Below, in pieces: positions 19,665 through 29,060 of a stretch of DNA of 64,000 nucleotides. Position 1 is the first letter of the stretch, and every line of letters starts with the position of its first letter. Position numbers and translations under genes: made by a program. Origin of the DNA: an uncultured Pseudomonadales bacterium (GTDB taxonomy: Bacteria; Patescibacteriota; Microgenomatia; UBA1400; Chazhemtobacteraceae); assembly GCA_964618725.1 (NCBI GenBank), contig CAZUBK010000003.1:81018-145017 (forward strand), written 5' to 3'. The notes beneath the pieces are model-generated. The model saw nothing but the letters and a program-made list of their open reading frames with translations. It ran no database searches and was not told where the DNA came from.

Positions 19665-20405
19665 TCATTTTATTTCATACCCCAATCTAAAGGCGATCTC
19701 AAATAACCATGCGTTCAAATATTTGTAGGTATCTGTCAGCAACAATACCCCCATCCCCGCCAACAGTAGCCCCGCTACTATACTAATCCAGTGAATATTC
19801 TTCGTAATCATCTTTAAGTATTGCGGCACCGAAGCCAGACTCATCGAAACAATCAAAAACGGCACCGATATCCCCAGAGAATATACAAACAAGAGCATCG
19901 CTCCCTGCCCCACTATCCCCGTATTTGCTGCCAATACCAAAATACTCCCTAACACCGCCCCGACACACGGTGTCCAGGCCAATCCAAAAATAAACCCCAA
20001 TAGTAACGGCCGAAGATATCCTGCATGTTCTGCCCAAGTCGGCAAAGTAAACTTTCGTTCATATGCTAGGAATCTGATTGGCAACAATCCCGCAAAATCC
20101 AAACCAAAGATAATCATAAGTATTCCTCCCACTCTTTGCAGAATCGTGGAGTAATGTCTGAGTGCCCCTCCTAACCCTGCCGCCGTTGCCCCCAAAATTA
20201 CAAATATGAGTGAAAATCCCAAGATATACAACAAACTTGAAATAAGTATCGTCTTTCGGTATCTATCCATCCCAAATCGCTTCAACTGATCAAGACTCAC
20301 TCCTGTTACATAACCAACATACGCTGGTAATAACGGCACCACACACGGAGCAAAGAAGCTCACCGCTCCAGATGTAAAGGCCACTATAAAGTTTAAATCA
20401 ACCAT
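19665..20405 (-). CDS. ccdA: Cytochrome c-type biogenesis / thiol-disulfide transporter of the CcdA/DsbD family.
   Basis: The sequence contains FTSGAVSFFAPCVVPLLPAYVGYVTG and a second conserved Cys (AWTPCVGAVLG). Confidence 0.85.
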   Translation of the reverse strand: MVDLNFIVAFTSGAVSFFAPCVVPLLPAYVGYVTGVSLDQLKRFGMDRYRKTILISSLLYILGFSLIFVILGATAAGLGGALRHYSTILQRVGGILMIIFGLDFAGLLPIRFLAYERKFTLPTWAEHAGYLRPLLLGFIFGLAWTPCVGAVLGSILVLAANTGIVGQGAMLLFVYSLGISVPFLIVSMSLASVPQYLKMITKNIHWISIVAGLLLAGMGVLLLTDTYKYLNAWLFEIAFRLGYEIK

Positions 20406-20418
20406 ATCTGTATTTTAA

Positions 20419-21441
20419 CTACCTCCCAAAAGTAAAGGCATAGGCCTCCAGGCCTTCACCGAAGAATAACTCCATTTCTCCTGTAACAAATTCCCCCTTA
20501 TACAAATTGTATAAATCCGCCTCCTTCACCTGCACCGTTTTGATCTCCTTTCCATCCACCAATACTCTCACTGTGTTATTTCCGCTTCCCGGATGTAATA
20601 CCAAGTTTACTTCTCCTCCAGTAAACTTGTATTTTAATTTCGCATTCTTCCCCGCCAAAGCAAACTCGGCATTTACTTTCCATTCGCCAGACAAATAGGC
20701 TAAGTTCCCCATCAATCCTCCTTTGATTACATACTCTTTCATCACGTCAGGCCCAATTTGCTCCCCATTACCAAATCTGCCCCTCTCCCATCCCAGATAT
20801 GTCTCCGGACTTACTCCTCCCCTCCTCCCTTCTCCCGTCTCTTCTGTTATCTCCATTCCAGACAGATCATAACCAAGCTTCACCAATTCATTCCTGATTA
20901 TCTTTTCTGTCTCTTCATATGCCCCCTCACCAAAGTGGGTATAGACGATCTTCCCTCCTCCTCTTTCGCTTGGCACTACTAAATACTTCGCTGGCCAATA
21001 GTGATTAGCATATGCACGCCAGATCTTCATCTCACTATCTAGTACCACCGGCCAACCCACTCCATATTTTGCTACCGCCGACGTAACATTCTCTTTTTTC
21101 TTTTCAAACTCAAACTCAGGACTATGTACCCCCACTATCACCAGTCCCTTCTCCTTGTACTTTTCCCACCACTGTTTAAGGTAGGGAATTGTTCTCTGAC
21201 AATTAATGCAAGAATATGTCCAGAAATCCACCAATATCACCTTTTTCTCCTCCATCAACTGCCTAAGGTCTAATGCCTCACTATTTATCCACTCTTCTCC
21301 TCCCTCAAATCCCGGTGCCCTCATCTCTCCCATGATTATCGATTTTGGAGATACTTGCAACCCTCCTTTTTTCTCAACTACATATTGGTACGTCACAGCT
21401 CCCACAAATACAACAATCAATCCATAAAATAACCACTTCAT
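20419..21441 (-). CDS. Thioredoxin-fold thiol:disulfide oxidoreductase (TlpA/ResA-like) with a C-terminal extension domain.
   Basis: The segment DFWTYSCINCQRTIPYL carries a CxxC motif. An N-terminal TM anchor is present. Confidence 0.8.
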   Translation of the reverse strand: MKWLFYGLIVVFVGAVTYQYVVEKKGGLQVSPKSIIMGEMRAPGFEGGEEWINSEALDLRQLMEEKKVILVDFWTYSCINCQRTIPYLKQWWEKYKEKGLVIVGVHSPEFEFEKKKENVTSAVAKYGVGWPVVLDSEMKIWRAYANHYWPAKYLVVPSERGGGKIVYTHFGEGAYEETEKIIRNELVKLGYDLSGMEITEETGEGRRGGVSPETYLGWERGRFGNGEQIGPDVMKEYVIKGGLMGNLAYLSGEWKVNAEFALAGKNAKLKYKFTGGEVNLVLHPGSGNNTVRVLVDGKEIKTVQVKEADLYNLYKGEFVTGEMELFFGEGLEAYAFTFGR

Positions 21442-21469
21442 AATTTATTCTACCAATGATCCATCTTCA

Positions 21470-21790
21470 TCAATCCAGCCCCAGTTCTGCCCTCATCTCC
21501 TCCGTTATCAACTCCACCGTCCAGGGTGGATCCCAAACCAACTTAAGTTCTATTTCTTCCACCCCCTCAATTGCGGATATCTCCGACTTCACCAACTGGT
21601 CAATTATCGGCGCCAATGGACATCCCGAGCTTGTTAGCGTCATTTCCACTATCACATCTCCCCCCTCTATTTTCACTCTATAAATCAACCCCAAGTCCAC
21701 AATGTTAATCCCGAGCTCGGGATCAATCACTTTTCTCAATGCTTGCCACACTTGCTCTTCGTGCACGGTCATCCCCATATTGTACTGCAC
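21470..21790 (-). CDS. DUF59 / SufT-family Fe-S cluster assembly protein.
   Basis: The sequence contains VIDPELGINIVDLGLIY...TSSGCPLA. Confidence 0.7.
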   Translation of the reverse strand: MQYNMGMTVHEEQVWQALRKVIDPELGINIVDLGLIYRVKIEGGDVIVEMTLTSSGCPLAPIIDQLVKSEISAIEGVEEIELKLVWDPPWTVELITEEMRAELGLD

Positions 21791-21794
21791 TCCG

Positions 21795-21974
21795 TTACCG
21801 GCTCACCTCCATATACACTGCCCAAGCTGCCAACAATATTCCCACTAGTATCCACTGAGTACTCGCCAGATACAAATCATATCCTAGTGCCCCAATAAAC
21901 GCCAATACTGCACAAAAAAGACTCAAGCTAAACAATACCAAAGCCATCGCCGGTTTATCTTTCCTTCTAATCAC
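21795..21974 (-). CDS. Small (59 aa) hydrophobic protein with a GTG start, low confidence.
   Basis: A perfect RBS (AAGGAGGTG) lies 7 nt upstream of the GTG. The protein reads VIRRKDKPAMALVLFSLSLFCAVLAFIGALGYDLYLASTQWILVGILLAAWAVYMEVSR. It ends 5 bp before the sufT-like gene. Confidence 0.3.
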   Translation of the reverse strand: MIRRKDKPAMALVLFSLSLFCAVLAFIGALGYDLYLASTQWILVGILLAAWAVYMEVSR

Positions 21975-22205
21975 TTTTGTTCACCTCCTTTCTCCATCAT
22001 CTATGCTAATTGTACTATTCGTGTTTCAGTCCGAGATAATAGGCAACAAATTTCTTGAAGCGTGAGCGTTAAATGAAAAATGACTGAATACCTCTAAAAA
22101 AGTGAGCATGCAAGCTGAACCTGAAGAAGCATTGTCCTGCGAACATAACATGAAGTCGTTTTGAATAGTGAACCTGAAATGAAATCTTTGCCTACTATTC
22201 GGTAA

Positions 22206-22466
22206 CTACTTTGGCCACACCTTTTCCCCTGTCGTTGTATCAATCACCTCAATGGCTCCCGTCGGACAACTCTGAGCCGCCAACATCTTCTCCTGATCAT
22301 TATTCCCGTCCTGACTTATCACCTCCGCCTTATTCTCCTGATTAAGTAAAAAAGTCTTTACCGCCACTGCCACACACGAAGCCGCCCCAATGCACTTCTC
22401 CACATCAACTTTCACTTGATATTTAGTCGTTACTGGCTTTCCTTCTGACCCCGCTGTGTATGTCAT
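22206..22466 (-). CDS. Small ferredoxin (single [4Fe-4S]-type).
   Basis: The cysteine pattern is CIGAASCV ... CPTGAI. The length is 86 aa. Confidence 0.7.
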   Translation of the reverse strand: MTYTAGSEGKPVTTKYQVKVDVEKCIGAASCVAVAVKTFLLNQENKAEVISQDGNNDQEKMLAAQSCPTGAIEVIDTTTGEKVWPK

Positions 22467-22564
22467 TTTTCCAATATATCATAAGGCCCGCTAGAATTAA
22501 TCTTTCCTGTATTCTCGCTTACTGTCATATATTATGCATCTCAATGTATCATTACACACTATAC

Positions 22565-23527
22565 CTATCTCGTCTTAAATATATCCAACAACCGTCTTCT
22601 GATTCGCTCAACCTGGCCACCATCGACTACTTCTGACCTTTTAGTTATTTCCGCTTCTTCAGCCATCATTTCCACAAAACTATTCCATTGTTCTGAAGAC
22701 ACCGAGAAGTTGCATCTCTTGTTGATCTTTTCACTGACCCCCTCATAAGAAAAATCACCTTTCTTGGATTTCACAATAAACGTATGTTCCTTAAACATTC
22801 CCAAAGGTCTACCACTGATCAATTCAAAAATGTCTTTAAGGTAATACCAGGCATCAACATTTCTTTGCGGACTATCTTGTTCCTCAGAATAGCCCAGGTC
22901 AACAATCTTCACATCTCCTTCGTTGCTATACATAATGTTCCCTGGATGCAAGTCCTGATGAGCAAGACCCTTACTTTGCAAATAAGACAAACCCCTACCT
23001 ACACCGTCAATCAAATTTATCAACTCATCCTGACATAACTGCCGATGACCACTACCGATTTCATTGAGCACATCATTAAGACTACCTCCACCAACCTCAC
23101 GCATAATTATTACTCCCTTCGGCCCCTGATTTGCTAAAAAGTCATAAACTGTCACCACATTTGGATGCTCGATTCTAGCCAGTTTTCTCGCTTCTTTAGC
23201 TAGATTTGTATACCCATGTTTATCAATCTTGGCCACTATCGCAACCCCCAAGTCAGAACATCCACGATGTAATCCTACTGGACCTCCTTCCCTAATCGTA
23301 TTGCTATCTAGAAGATATTTAGGCCTTTCTCTTTTAATCACCATTCCCTCTGGATCTTCTTGAAAAAAAGCCATTACTGTTGGTTCTAAATACTCACCAG
23401 TAGTGATTCTCCTCTGTTCATCCTGATAAATCTTCAGTAGTTTTTCATATCCATCTTCCCTCTCTGCCTCTTTTATCTCTATGCCTGAAACTTCATTAGA
23501 AATACTCACATTAATAGAACTTCTCAA
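22565..23527 (-). CDS. Atypical protein-kinase-fold protein (Kdo/RIO/APH-like).
   Basis: A catalytic loop HQDLHPGNIMY is present. A metal-binding VKIVDLG motif is present. Confidence 0.65.
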   Translation of the reverse strand: MRSSINVSISNEVSGIEIKEAEREDGYEKLLKIYQDEQRRITTGEYLEPTVMAFFQEDPEGMVIKRERPKYLLDSNTIREGGPVGLHRGCSDLGVAIVAKIDKHGYTNLAKEARKLARIEHPNVVTVYDFLANQGPKGVIIMREVGGGSLNDVLNEIGSGHRQLCQDELINLIDGVGRGLSYLQSKGLAHQDLHPGNIMYSNEGDVKIVDLGYSEEQDSPQRNVDAWYYLKDIFELISGRPLGMFKEHTFIVKSKKGDFSYEGVSEKINKRCNFSVSSEQWNSFVEMMAEEAEITKRSEVVDGGQVERIRRRLLDIFKTR

Positions 23528-24257
23528 AATAGATTTTCTCTTTTTCTATTCCTTTTGTCTGAAGTAGTGCTGCCACATCTAACACCATCTTTTGGCTTCC
23601 ACACAAGTATGCCTCCCAGCCACTCCAATTCTCTCCATGTCCCACCAAACAATCCTGCACGTGTCCCCGACAGTTGGCCCACTTCTCACTTGGCTGCGAC
23701 ATCACCACATCATATGAAAAATTTGGGAATCTTGCCTTCAAGTCATCTAACTCCTCCATCATAAACAACTCATCATCTGATCTCATCCCCCAATGCAGTC
23801 TCAGTAAACCTTTAAATCCCTTTGTCTCAAGTAAATCATGAATCATACTTCTGAGTGGCACTACCCCAGATCCCGTACCAACAAACAACAGTTTTCTTTC
23901 CTCACTCAAGTCTCCCTGATCAGCTATTACAAATCTTCCCATCACTCCCATTACCTCTATCTCTTGCCCCACTTCCAAACCAAACAAATATCCTGAACCA
24001 AGCCCGCCTGGCTTGACGTCAAAAATCAGTTCCAACTTCTCAGTTTGGTTTACCCCGTGCGAAGCTGTACGGGGCCAAGACGCCAGTGAGTAACTCCGCC
24101 TTTCTCCGCCATCCGCTACTAAAATACTTATATACTGCCCCGCTATATATTCAAACCCCTCTGGTTTGACGAACTTAATCGACCAAAACTTACCCACCAG
24201 GTTCTTTTTCTCGATTACTCTTAATTTAAAGCTTTGTACTGCCATCGCCTTGATCAT
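23511..24257 (-). CDS. Ferredoxin-NADP reductase-like oxidoreductase with an FAD/NAD(P)-binding domain.
   Basis: The FAD motif RSYSLAS is present. The NAD(P) motif GTGSGVVPLRSM is present. Confidence 0.75.
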   Translation of the reverse strand: MIKAMAVQSFKLRVIEKKNLVGKFWSIKFVKPEGFEYIAGQYISILVADGGERRSYSLASWPRTASHGVNQTEKLELIFDVKPGGLGSGYLFGLEVGQEIEVMGVMGRFVIADQGDLSEERKLLFVGTGSGVVPLRSMIHDLLETKGFKGLLRLHWGMRSDDELFMMEELDDLKARFPNFSYDVVMSQPSEKWANCRGHVQDCLVGHGENWSGWEAYLCGSQKMVLDVAALLQTKGIEKEKIYFEKFY

Positions 24258-24269
24258 ACATCGCTCAAG

Positions 24270-24305
24270 GCCATAAAAAAAGCGTCCCGATTATCGGGAC
24301 GCTCC
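24270..24305 (-). terminator. Rho-independent terminator on the minus strand.
   Basis: There is an agcgtcccgat-tat-cgggacgct hairpin. On the minus strand it is followed by TTTTTTTATGG. Confidence 0.55.
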
Positions 24306-24312
24306 AAAAAAA

Positions 24313-24636
24313 CTATTTGTCCTCAAGCCGAGAAGGTCTCTCGTCAAATGTCGTGAACTGGTTCTTTCTGAAAGACACTTTGTCGTCCCACAAGCCCATT
24401 TCAGTAAATGCCTCAAAAAGGAATTCTATCTGATCCACTTCACCCTCAGCTGTTACAAGTACCATAGTACCCTGACTGCACCAGCCAAACGAGTCGAGTA
24501 ATGGCGCAGGAGGTTCCCATATCTTCAAGAAACCAAGTTCTTTCATCCTTGCCACAATCTCACCCTGTCGTTCTCCCGGAACAATCACCTGCACATATTT
24601 CATTACTTGCCTCCCTAAAGCTAACTTTTCAAACAA
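24313..24636 (-). CDS. Hypothetical protein.
   Basis: This 107-aa ORF ends the suf transcription unit, before the terminator. Confidence 0.45.
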   Translation of the reverse strand: MFEKLALGRQVMKYVQVIVPGERQGEIVARMKELGFLKIWEPPAPLLDSFGWCSQGTMVLVTAEGEVDQIEFLFEAFTEMGLWDDKVSFRKNQFTTFDERPSRLEDK

Positions 24637-24646
24637 CCTATATATT

Positions 24647-25003
24647 CTAACTTACCAAAGATTTTATTGCAACCAGCGGCAACATTGCACACTTAATCCT
24701 CCCCGGTCCCACCTCGCCTACCAAAGAGAACACCTTCTTTTCATTCCATCCCTCCACCTCCTGCAAGGTCTCACCTTGCAAACACTCGCTTAACATACTC
24801 GCCGACGCCGTTGAAATAGCACATCCTTCTCCCCGCCATGCCACTTTCTCAATCACTCCACCTCCATTGACCTTCAAAAAAAATTCTACCTTGTCTCCAC
24901 ACGATGCATTCCCCTGAGATGCTTTATGCGTTGCATCCTTCATCTCCCCAAAATTGCGAGGGTATTTATAGTGATCTAGTATTTCTTCCTTGAGATCAAA
25001 CAT
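24647..25003 (-). CDS. sufU: SufU/IscU-type Fe-S cluster scaffold (NifU N-terminal domain).
   Basis: The conserved cysteines appear in GNASCGDKVEF ... GEGCAISTASASMLSE. Confidence 0.85.
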   Translation of the reverse strand: MFDLKEEILDHYKYPRNFGEMKDATHKASQGNASCGDKVEFFLKVNGGGVIEKVAWRGEGCAISTASASMLSECLQGETLQEVEGWNEKKVFSLVGEVGPGRIKCAMLPLVAIKSLVS

Positions 25004-25175
25004 ATGTAGGATAGTTATATTTCGGAAAGTAGTGGAACCGCAATGAAATGAGGACCACTAGCGACGAAATATAAGAGGAAGCACAGCGAAGAAGGGAAAA
25101 TATCGAAAGATATTCCTTCATAGCGAGCAAGCTCTTATAGTGATCTAGAATTTCCTCCTTCAGATCAAACATAGA
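24966..25175. repeat. Imperfect 40-bp direct repeat (24966-25006 and 25136-25175) flanking a ~130-bp insert between sufS and sufU.
   Basis: TTATAGTGATCTAGTATTTCTTCCTTGAGATCAAACATATG and TTATAGTGATCTAGAATTTCCTCCTTCAGATCAAACATAG differ at 3 positions. The first copy is the sufU start codon region. Confidence 0.6.
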
Positions 25176-25179
25176 AAAT

Positions 25180-26478
25180 CTACATTCTAAATACCTTTCT
25201 AATCTCTTCTATTTTCTCAAACATGAAATCGATCTCCTCTTTAGTTGTGTAGATATAAAAGCTTGCCCTTGTCGTTGCCATCACCCCCAAGCGTTCCGTA
25301 ATCGGCGCCCCACAGTGTTGCCCACTTCTCACCGCAATCCCAAAGCTATCCAGAATCTGTGCGCTATCATGTGCATGCACTCCTGTCACATTAAATGTAA
25401 ATACTCCCCCCCGATCAACTTGGCTTGCCCCGTGCGAAGTCATACGGGAACCATAAATCGTAATCCACCCCTTCTTCTCTAGCTCTCCCCCTTTCTCCAA
25501 TGCATATTCTATTAATTTCCGTTCATGTTGCCAGACATTCTCCATTCCCAAACTACTCAAATAGTCCACGGCTGCCCCTAGCCCAATCATTCCCTCTATA
25601 TGCGGTGTCCCCGCCTCAAACTTCCAGGGCAACTCATTCCACTTACTTTCTCCCCACTTCACCTCGGAAATCATATCCCCGCCATACATAAACGGGTCCA
25701 TCTCTTCCAAGACCTCCTGCTTCCCCCACAATACTCCGATTCCCGTTGGTCCTAGCATCTTATGTCCCGAAAAAACCATAAAATCACACTTAAGTTTCTT
25801 TACCTCTACTGGCATATATGGAACCGCTTGGCTCGCATCAACTAAAAACAAGGCGCTACCAACTAATTTCTTTTTCATCTCGTATACCCTCTCCAGATCA
25901 TTTACCGTTCCCAAAACATTACTTACTTGTGTCAATGCCAGCATCTTGACTTTTTCATCCAATAAAACTTCCAACGACCCTACTACCACTCCCTCAACTT
26001 GATGTCTTTCCTCTCCCCTCATTACCAATCTCCCTTGTTCATCAACGTTAATCACTCGAAGCTCCGCCCCTTTCTTTTTGCACAACATCTGCCAAGTCAC
26101 CAAGTTGCTGTGATGTTCCTGATATCCCACTACCACCGCATCTCCTTTAGAGATATTCTTCTCTCCCCACGAATACATCACCAGGTTAATGGCTTCAGAT
26201 GCATTCCGAACAAAAATGACCTCCTTCTCACTAGAAGCGCCAATAAATTCTGCTATTTTTTTTCTCGCCCCTTCTGACATTGCCGTTGCCTCCTCACTTA
26301 AAACATGAATTCCTCTATGAACATTGGCATTGTGATTTTCGTAGTAATCAACCAACGACTCAATCACTTGTCTTGGCTTTTGACTCGTCGCCGCATTGTC
26401 CAGATACACTAGCGGGTGCCCATTGACTTTTCTCCTTAAAATCGGAAAATCCTCTCTAATTTTTGCCACATCAAACAT
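25180..26478 (-). CDS. sufS: Cysteine desulfurase SufS (class V aminotransferase).
   Basis: The PLP lysine lies in FSGHKMLGPTGIGVLWGK. The active-site Cys region is HCGAP. Confidence 0.9.
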   Translation of the reverse strand: MFDVAKIREDFPILRRKVNGHPLVYLDNAATSQKPRQVIESLVDYYENHNANVHRGIHVLSEEATAMSEGARKKIAEFIGASSEKEVIFVRNASEAINLVMYSWGEKNISKGDAVVVGYQEHHSNLVTWQMLCKKKGAELRVINVDEQGRLVMRGEERHQVEGVVVGSLEVLLDEKVKMLALTQVSNVLGTVNDLERVYEMKKKLVGSALFLVDASQAVPYMPVEVKKLKCDFMVFSGHKMLGPTGIGVLWGKQEVLEEMDPFMYGGDMISEVKWGESKWNELPWKFEAGTPHIEGMIGLGAAVDYLSSLGMENVWQHERKLIEYALEKGGELEKKGWITIYGSRMTSHGASQVDRGGVFTFNVTGVHAHDSAQILDSFGIAVRSGQHCGAPITERLGVMATTRASFYIYTTKEEIDFMFEKIEEIRKVFRM

Positions 26479-26542
26479 GGCTACATTCTACCCTTTCTCT
26501 CCAATACATGCACAAATCATCCTTTTATCATAAAATGTAATA

Positions 26543-26824
26543 ATGAAACACTTTGAGCTTACTCCAGACGAGAAACAAGTCACTAGTGATTTTGAAAAAA
26601 GCGCATTAACTCCTGCAAAAAATCAATCTAAACTGCGATATCAAAAATACGCCAAAAATACTTTGAATCCTCAAATCTATATTGTCACAATTTCTAAAAA
26701 TGGTGTTATTACTCTTCCCAAACCACTACGTGATTTCCTTAAGGTTCAGCCAGGTGACAAGTTAGTCTTAAAAAAGACCAAAACAGGAGTCATCGTAAAA
26801 AAGTTTACCTTGAAAAATTATTAG
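26543..26824 (+). CDS. AbrB/MazE/SpoVT-type DNA-binding domain protein.
   Basis: The segment ISKNGVITLPKPLRDFLKVQPGDKLVL is swapped-hairpin-like. Confidence 0.55.
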   Translation: MKHFELTPDEKQVTSDFEKSALTPAKNQSKLRYQKYAKNTLNPQIYIVTISKNGVITLPKPLRDFLKVQPGDKLVLKKTKTGVIVKKFTLKNY

Positions 26825-27288
26825 TCCTTCAAAAACCCATCCACAATTAACTCCTCCGATCCTCCTCTACTTAGCCCTCGGCTTTGCAAATAGAACAACT
26901 GTTCTTCATCTATTCTTCCCACCGTCGCCGCATGCGACGCTTTAACCTCATTTGCTTCTATCTCCAACCTCGGTTCCGCCACTGCACTGCTTTTATCATC
27001 CAATAACAGTAACCTCATCTCTAAAAAGTCATCTACTCCTTGTGCCTGTCTATCTATCTTAATCATTCCCGTTACCGCCACCCTCGCCCCGTTCTTAGCT
27101 ATTCCTTTTATACTCACTTTCCCGTATGTCTTGCCTACTTTGTGGTCAACTAACACGTCCACTATATAGTCTCCCTTCTCTCTGCCCAGTATCTTCCCCG
27201 ACAGCTCTATCTCCTCCCCCTCCTTCTCAAAAGGAATCGTAATCTTTTTTGTCCCTGGCTTGTCCAAAATGAATCTTTTTTTCGTCAT
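26821..27288 (-). CDS. sufD: Short SufD-like (SufBD-fold) Fe-S assembly protein.
   Basis: The 155-aa ORF sits directly downstream of sufB. Its C-terminus carries a SufBD-like EEQLFYLQSRGLS motif that also occurs in SufB. Confidence 0.65.
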   Translation of the reverse strand: MTKKRFILDKPGTKKITIPFEKEGEEIELSGKILGREKGDYIVDVLVDHKVGKTYGKVSIKGIAKNGARVAVTGMIKIDRQAQGVDDFLEMRLLLLDDKSSAVAEPRLEIEANEVKASHAATVGRIDEEQLFYLQSRGLSRGGSEELIVDGFLKD

Positions 27289-27291
27289 AGA

Positions 27292-28752
27292 TTATCCTAC
27301 TGATCCCTCCATTTCTAATTCCACCAATCGATTCATCTCCACCGCATACTCCATCGGAATGTATTTCACGATTGGCTCCAAAAATCCATTCACAATCATC
27401 GCCTCTGCTTTATGTTCAGTAAGTCCCCGAGACATTAGATAAAATAACTGATCTTCTCCCACTTTACTCACCGTTGCCTCGTGTTCCAGTGTCACCCTGT
27501 TTTCCAATATCCTATTTGTCGGATACGTATCCGACCGACTCTTATCATCTAAGATCAGAGCATCACACACCACCTTACTCCGACTATTCATCGCTCCCTT
27601 GTTTATCTGCACCAACCCCCGGTAGGTTGCCCTCCCCCCTCCCTTACTAATTGATTTTGAAATTATCTGCGATGTCGTCTCCGGCGCCAAATGAATCATT
27701 TTTGCTCCCGTATCCTGGTGCTGTCCCGCCCCCGCCATCGCAATAGATAATGTCTCTCCTTTAGCTTTTCTGCCCGCCAAAATACACGAAGGGTACTTCA
27801 TTGTCAGTCTTGACCCGATATTGGAATCTAGCCACAACATCTCTCCCTCTTCTTCCACTCTTGCACGCTTTGTCACCAGGTTGTATACATTCCGATACCA
27901 ATTCTGAACCGTTGTGTATTGCACTCTTGCTCCCCTCTTCACCACTATCTCTACCACTGCCGAGTGTAACGACCCTGAAGAATATACAGGGGCTGAACAC
28001 CCCTCCTGATAATGCACCCTTGCCCCTTCTTCTACCACAATTAACGTCCTCTCAAATTGTCCTGCATTTTCCGAATTAATCCGGAAGTATGCCTGCAGGG
28101 GCAAGCCCACTTCCACTCCTTTTGGCACATAAACAAAACTCCCCCCACTCCATACTGCGCTGTTCAGCGCCGCCAACTTATTATCTCCCATCGGGATCAC
28201 CTTGCCGAAATATTCCTTCACAATTTCCGGATACTGCGTCAATCCTTCATCCATACTCAAAAACACCACCCCCTTCTTAGCCAACGATTCCTTCAGCGAC
28301 CCGTAGATAACTTCTGAATCAAACTGTCCCTTTACTCCAGCCAACATCTCCTTCTCTGCCTCCGGTACTCCAATCTTGTCAAATGTCTCTTTAATGCTTT
28401 TCGGCACATCCGCCCAGCTCTTGGCCGGCTTCATTGCCGGCCGAAGATAATAGTGGATGTTATCAAACTTTATCTCCCCTATATCCCCTCCCCACAACGG
28501 AATTGTCATCGCATTGAATCGCTTTAACGCCTCAAGCCTATATTCAAGCATCCACGAAGGCTCACTCTTTTGCCCCGACAAATTCCTCACCACCGCCTCA
28601 GACAAACCCTTCCCCGATTTATATGCGTATTCCACCTCGTCATGGTGTCCTAAAAAATAGTTATCCCCCACAGTAGATATATCTTCACCCCTCTGTCCTT
28701 GAATCGCTGCAAATCTAGTCATCTCTTTTCTTCTTCTCCAACAACTCCTCAT
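27292..28752 (-). CDS. sufB: Fe-S cluster assembly protein SufB.
   Basis: The ORF is 486 aa. It has the conserved C-terminal segment EDQLFYLMSRGLTEHKAEAMIVNGF. It shows SufB-like homology throughout. Confidence 0.9.
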   Translation of the reverse strand: MRSCWRRRKEMTRFAAIQGQRGEDISTVGDNYFLGHHDEVEYAYKSGKGLSEAVVRNLSGQKSEPSWMLEYRLEALKRFNAMTIPLWGGDIGEIKFDNIHYYLRPAMKPAKSWADVPKSIKETFDKIGVPEAEKEMLAGVKGQFDSEVIYGSLKESLAKKGVVFLSMDEGLTQYPEIVKEYFGKVIPMGDNKLAALNSAVWSGGSFVYVPKGVEVGLPLQAYFRINSENAGQFERTLIVVEEGARVHYQEGCSAPVYSSGSLHSAVVEIVVKRGARVQYTTVQNWYRNVYNLVTKRARVEEEGEMLWLDSNIGSRLTMKYPSCILAGRKAKGETLSIAMAGAGQHQDTGAKMIHLAPETTSQIISKSISKGGGRATYRGLVQINKGAMNSRSKVVCDALILDDKSRSDTYPTNRILENRVTLEHEATVSKVGEDQLFYLMSRGLTEHKAEAMIVNGFLEPIVKYIPMEYAVEMNRLVELEMEGSVG

Positions 28753-29059
28753 AGCCAGCTTCTCTCATGGCTCCCAACGAAGGATCACTTTTGACTAACT
28801 TGCGAACCCACTCCATACCTTCTCGTTCTTGTTTGTATTTTTCAATTAAGGTTTTGGCAATCCTTCGATTTTCCTCCGGAGAAGCTAAGAATTCCATATC
28901 AATAGCCATATTTATTCCAAACAAATCATTCTTCACCTCCTGCTCAACCACATCTACTCCTTCCATTACAGTTGCGCCTGGTCCTCTATGTCCTCGATTC
29001 CATCCTCTCAGATTCCTAACAAAGTCACTAAAACTAAACTCGGTTTGTACTTCTGTCAT
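28715..29059 (-). CDS. Hypothetical protein, possibly an N-terminal extension of the sufB region or a small adaptor.
   Basis: The 114-aa ORF overlaps the sufB start by 38 bp. I recognised no motif. Confidence 0.35.
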   Translation of the reverse strand: MTEVQTEFSFSDFVRNLRGWNRGHRGPGATVMEGVDVVEQEVKNDLFGINMAIDMEFLASPEENRRIAKTLIEKYKQEREGMEWVRKLVKSDPSLGAMREAGYEELLEKKKRDD

Positions 29060-29060
29060 C

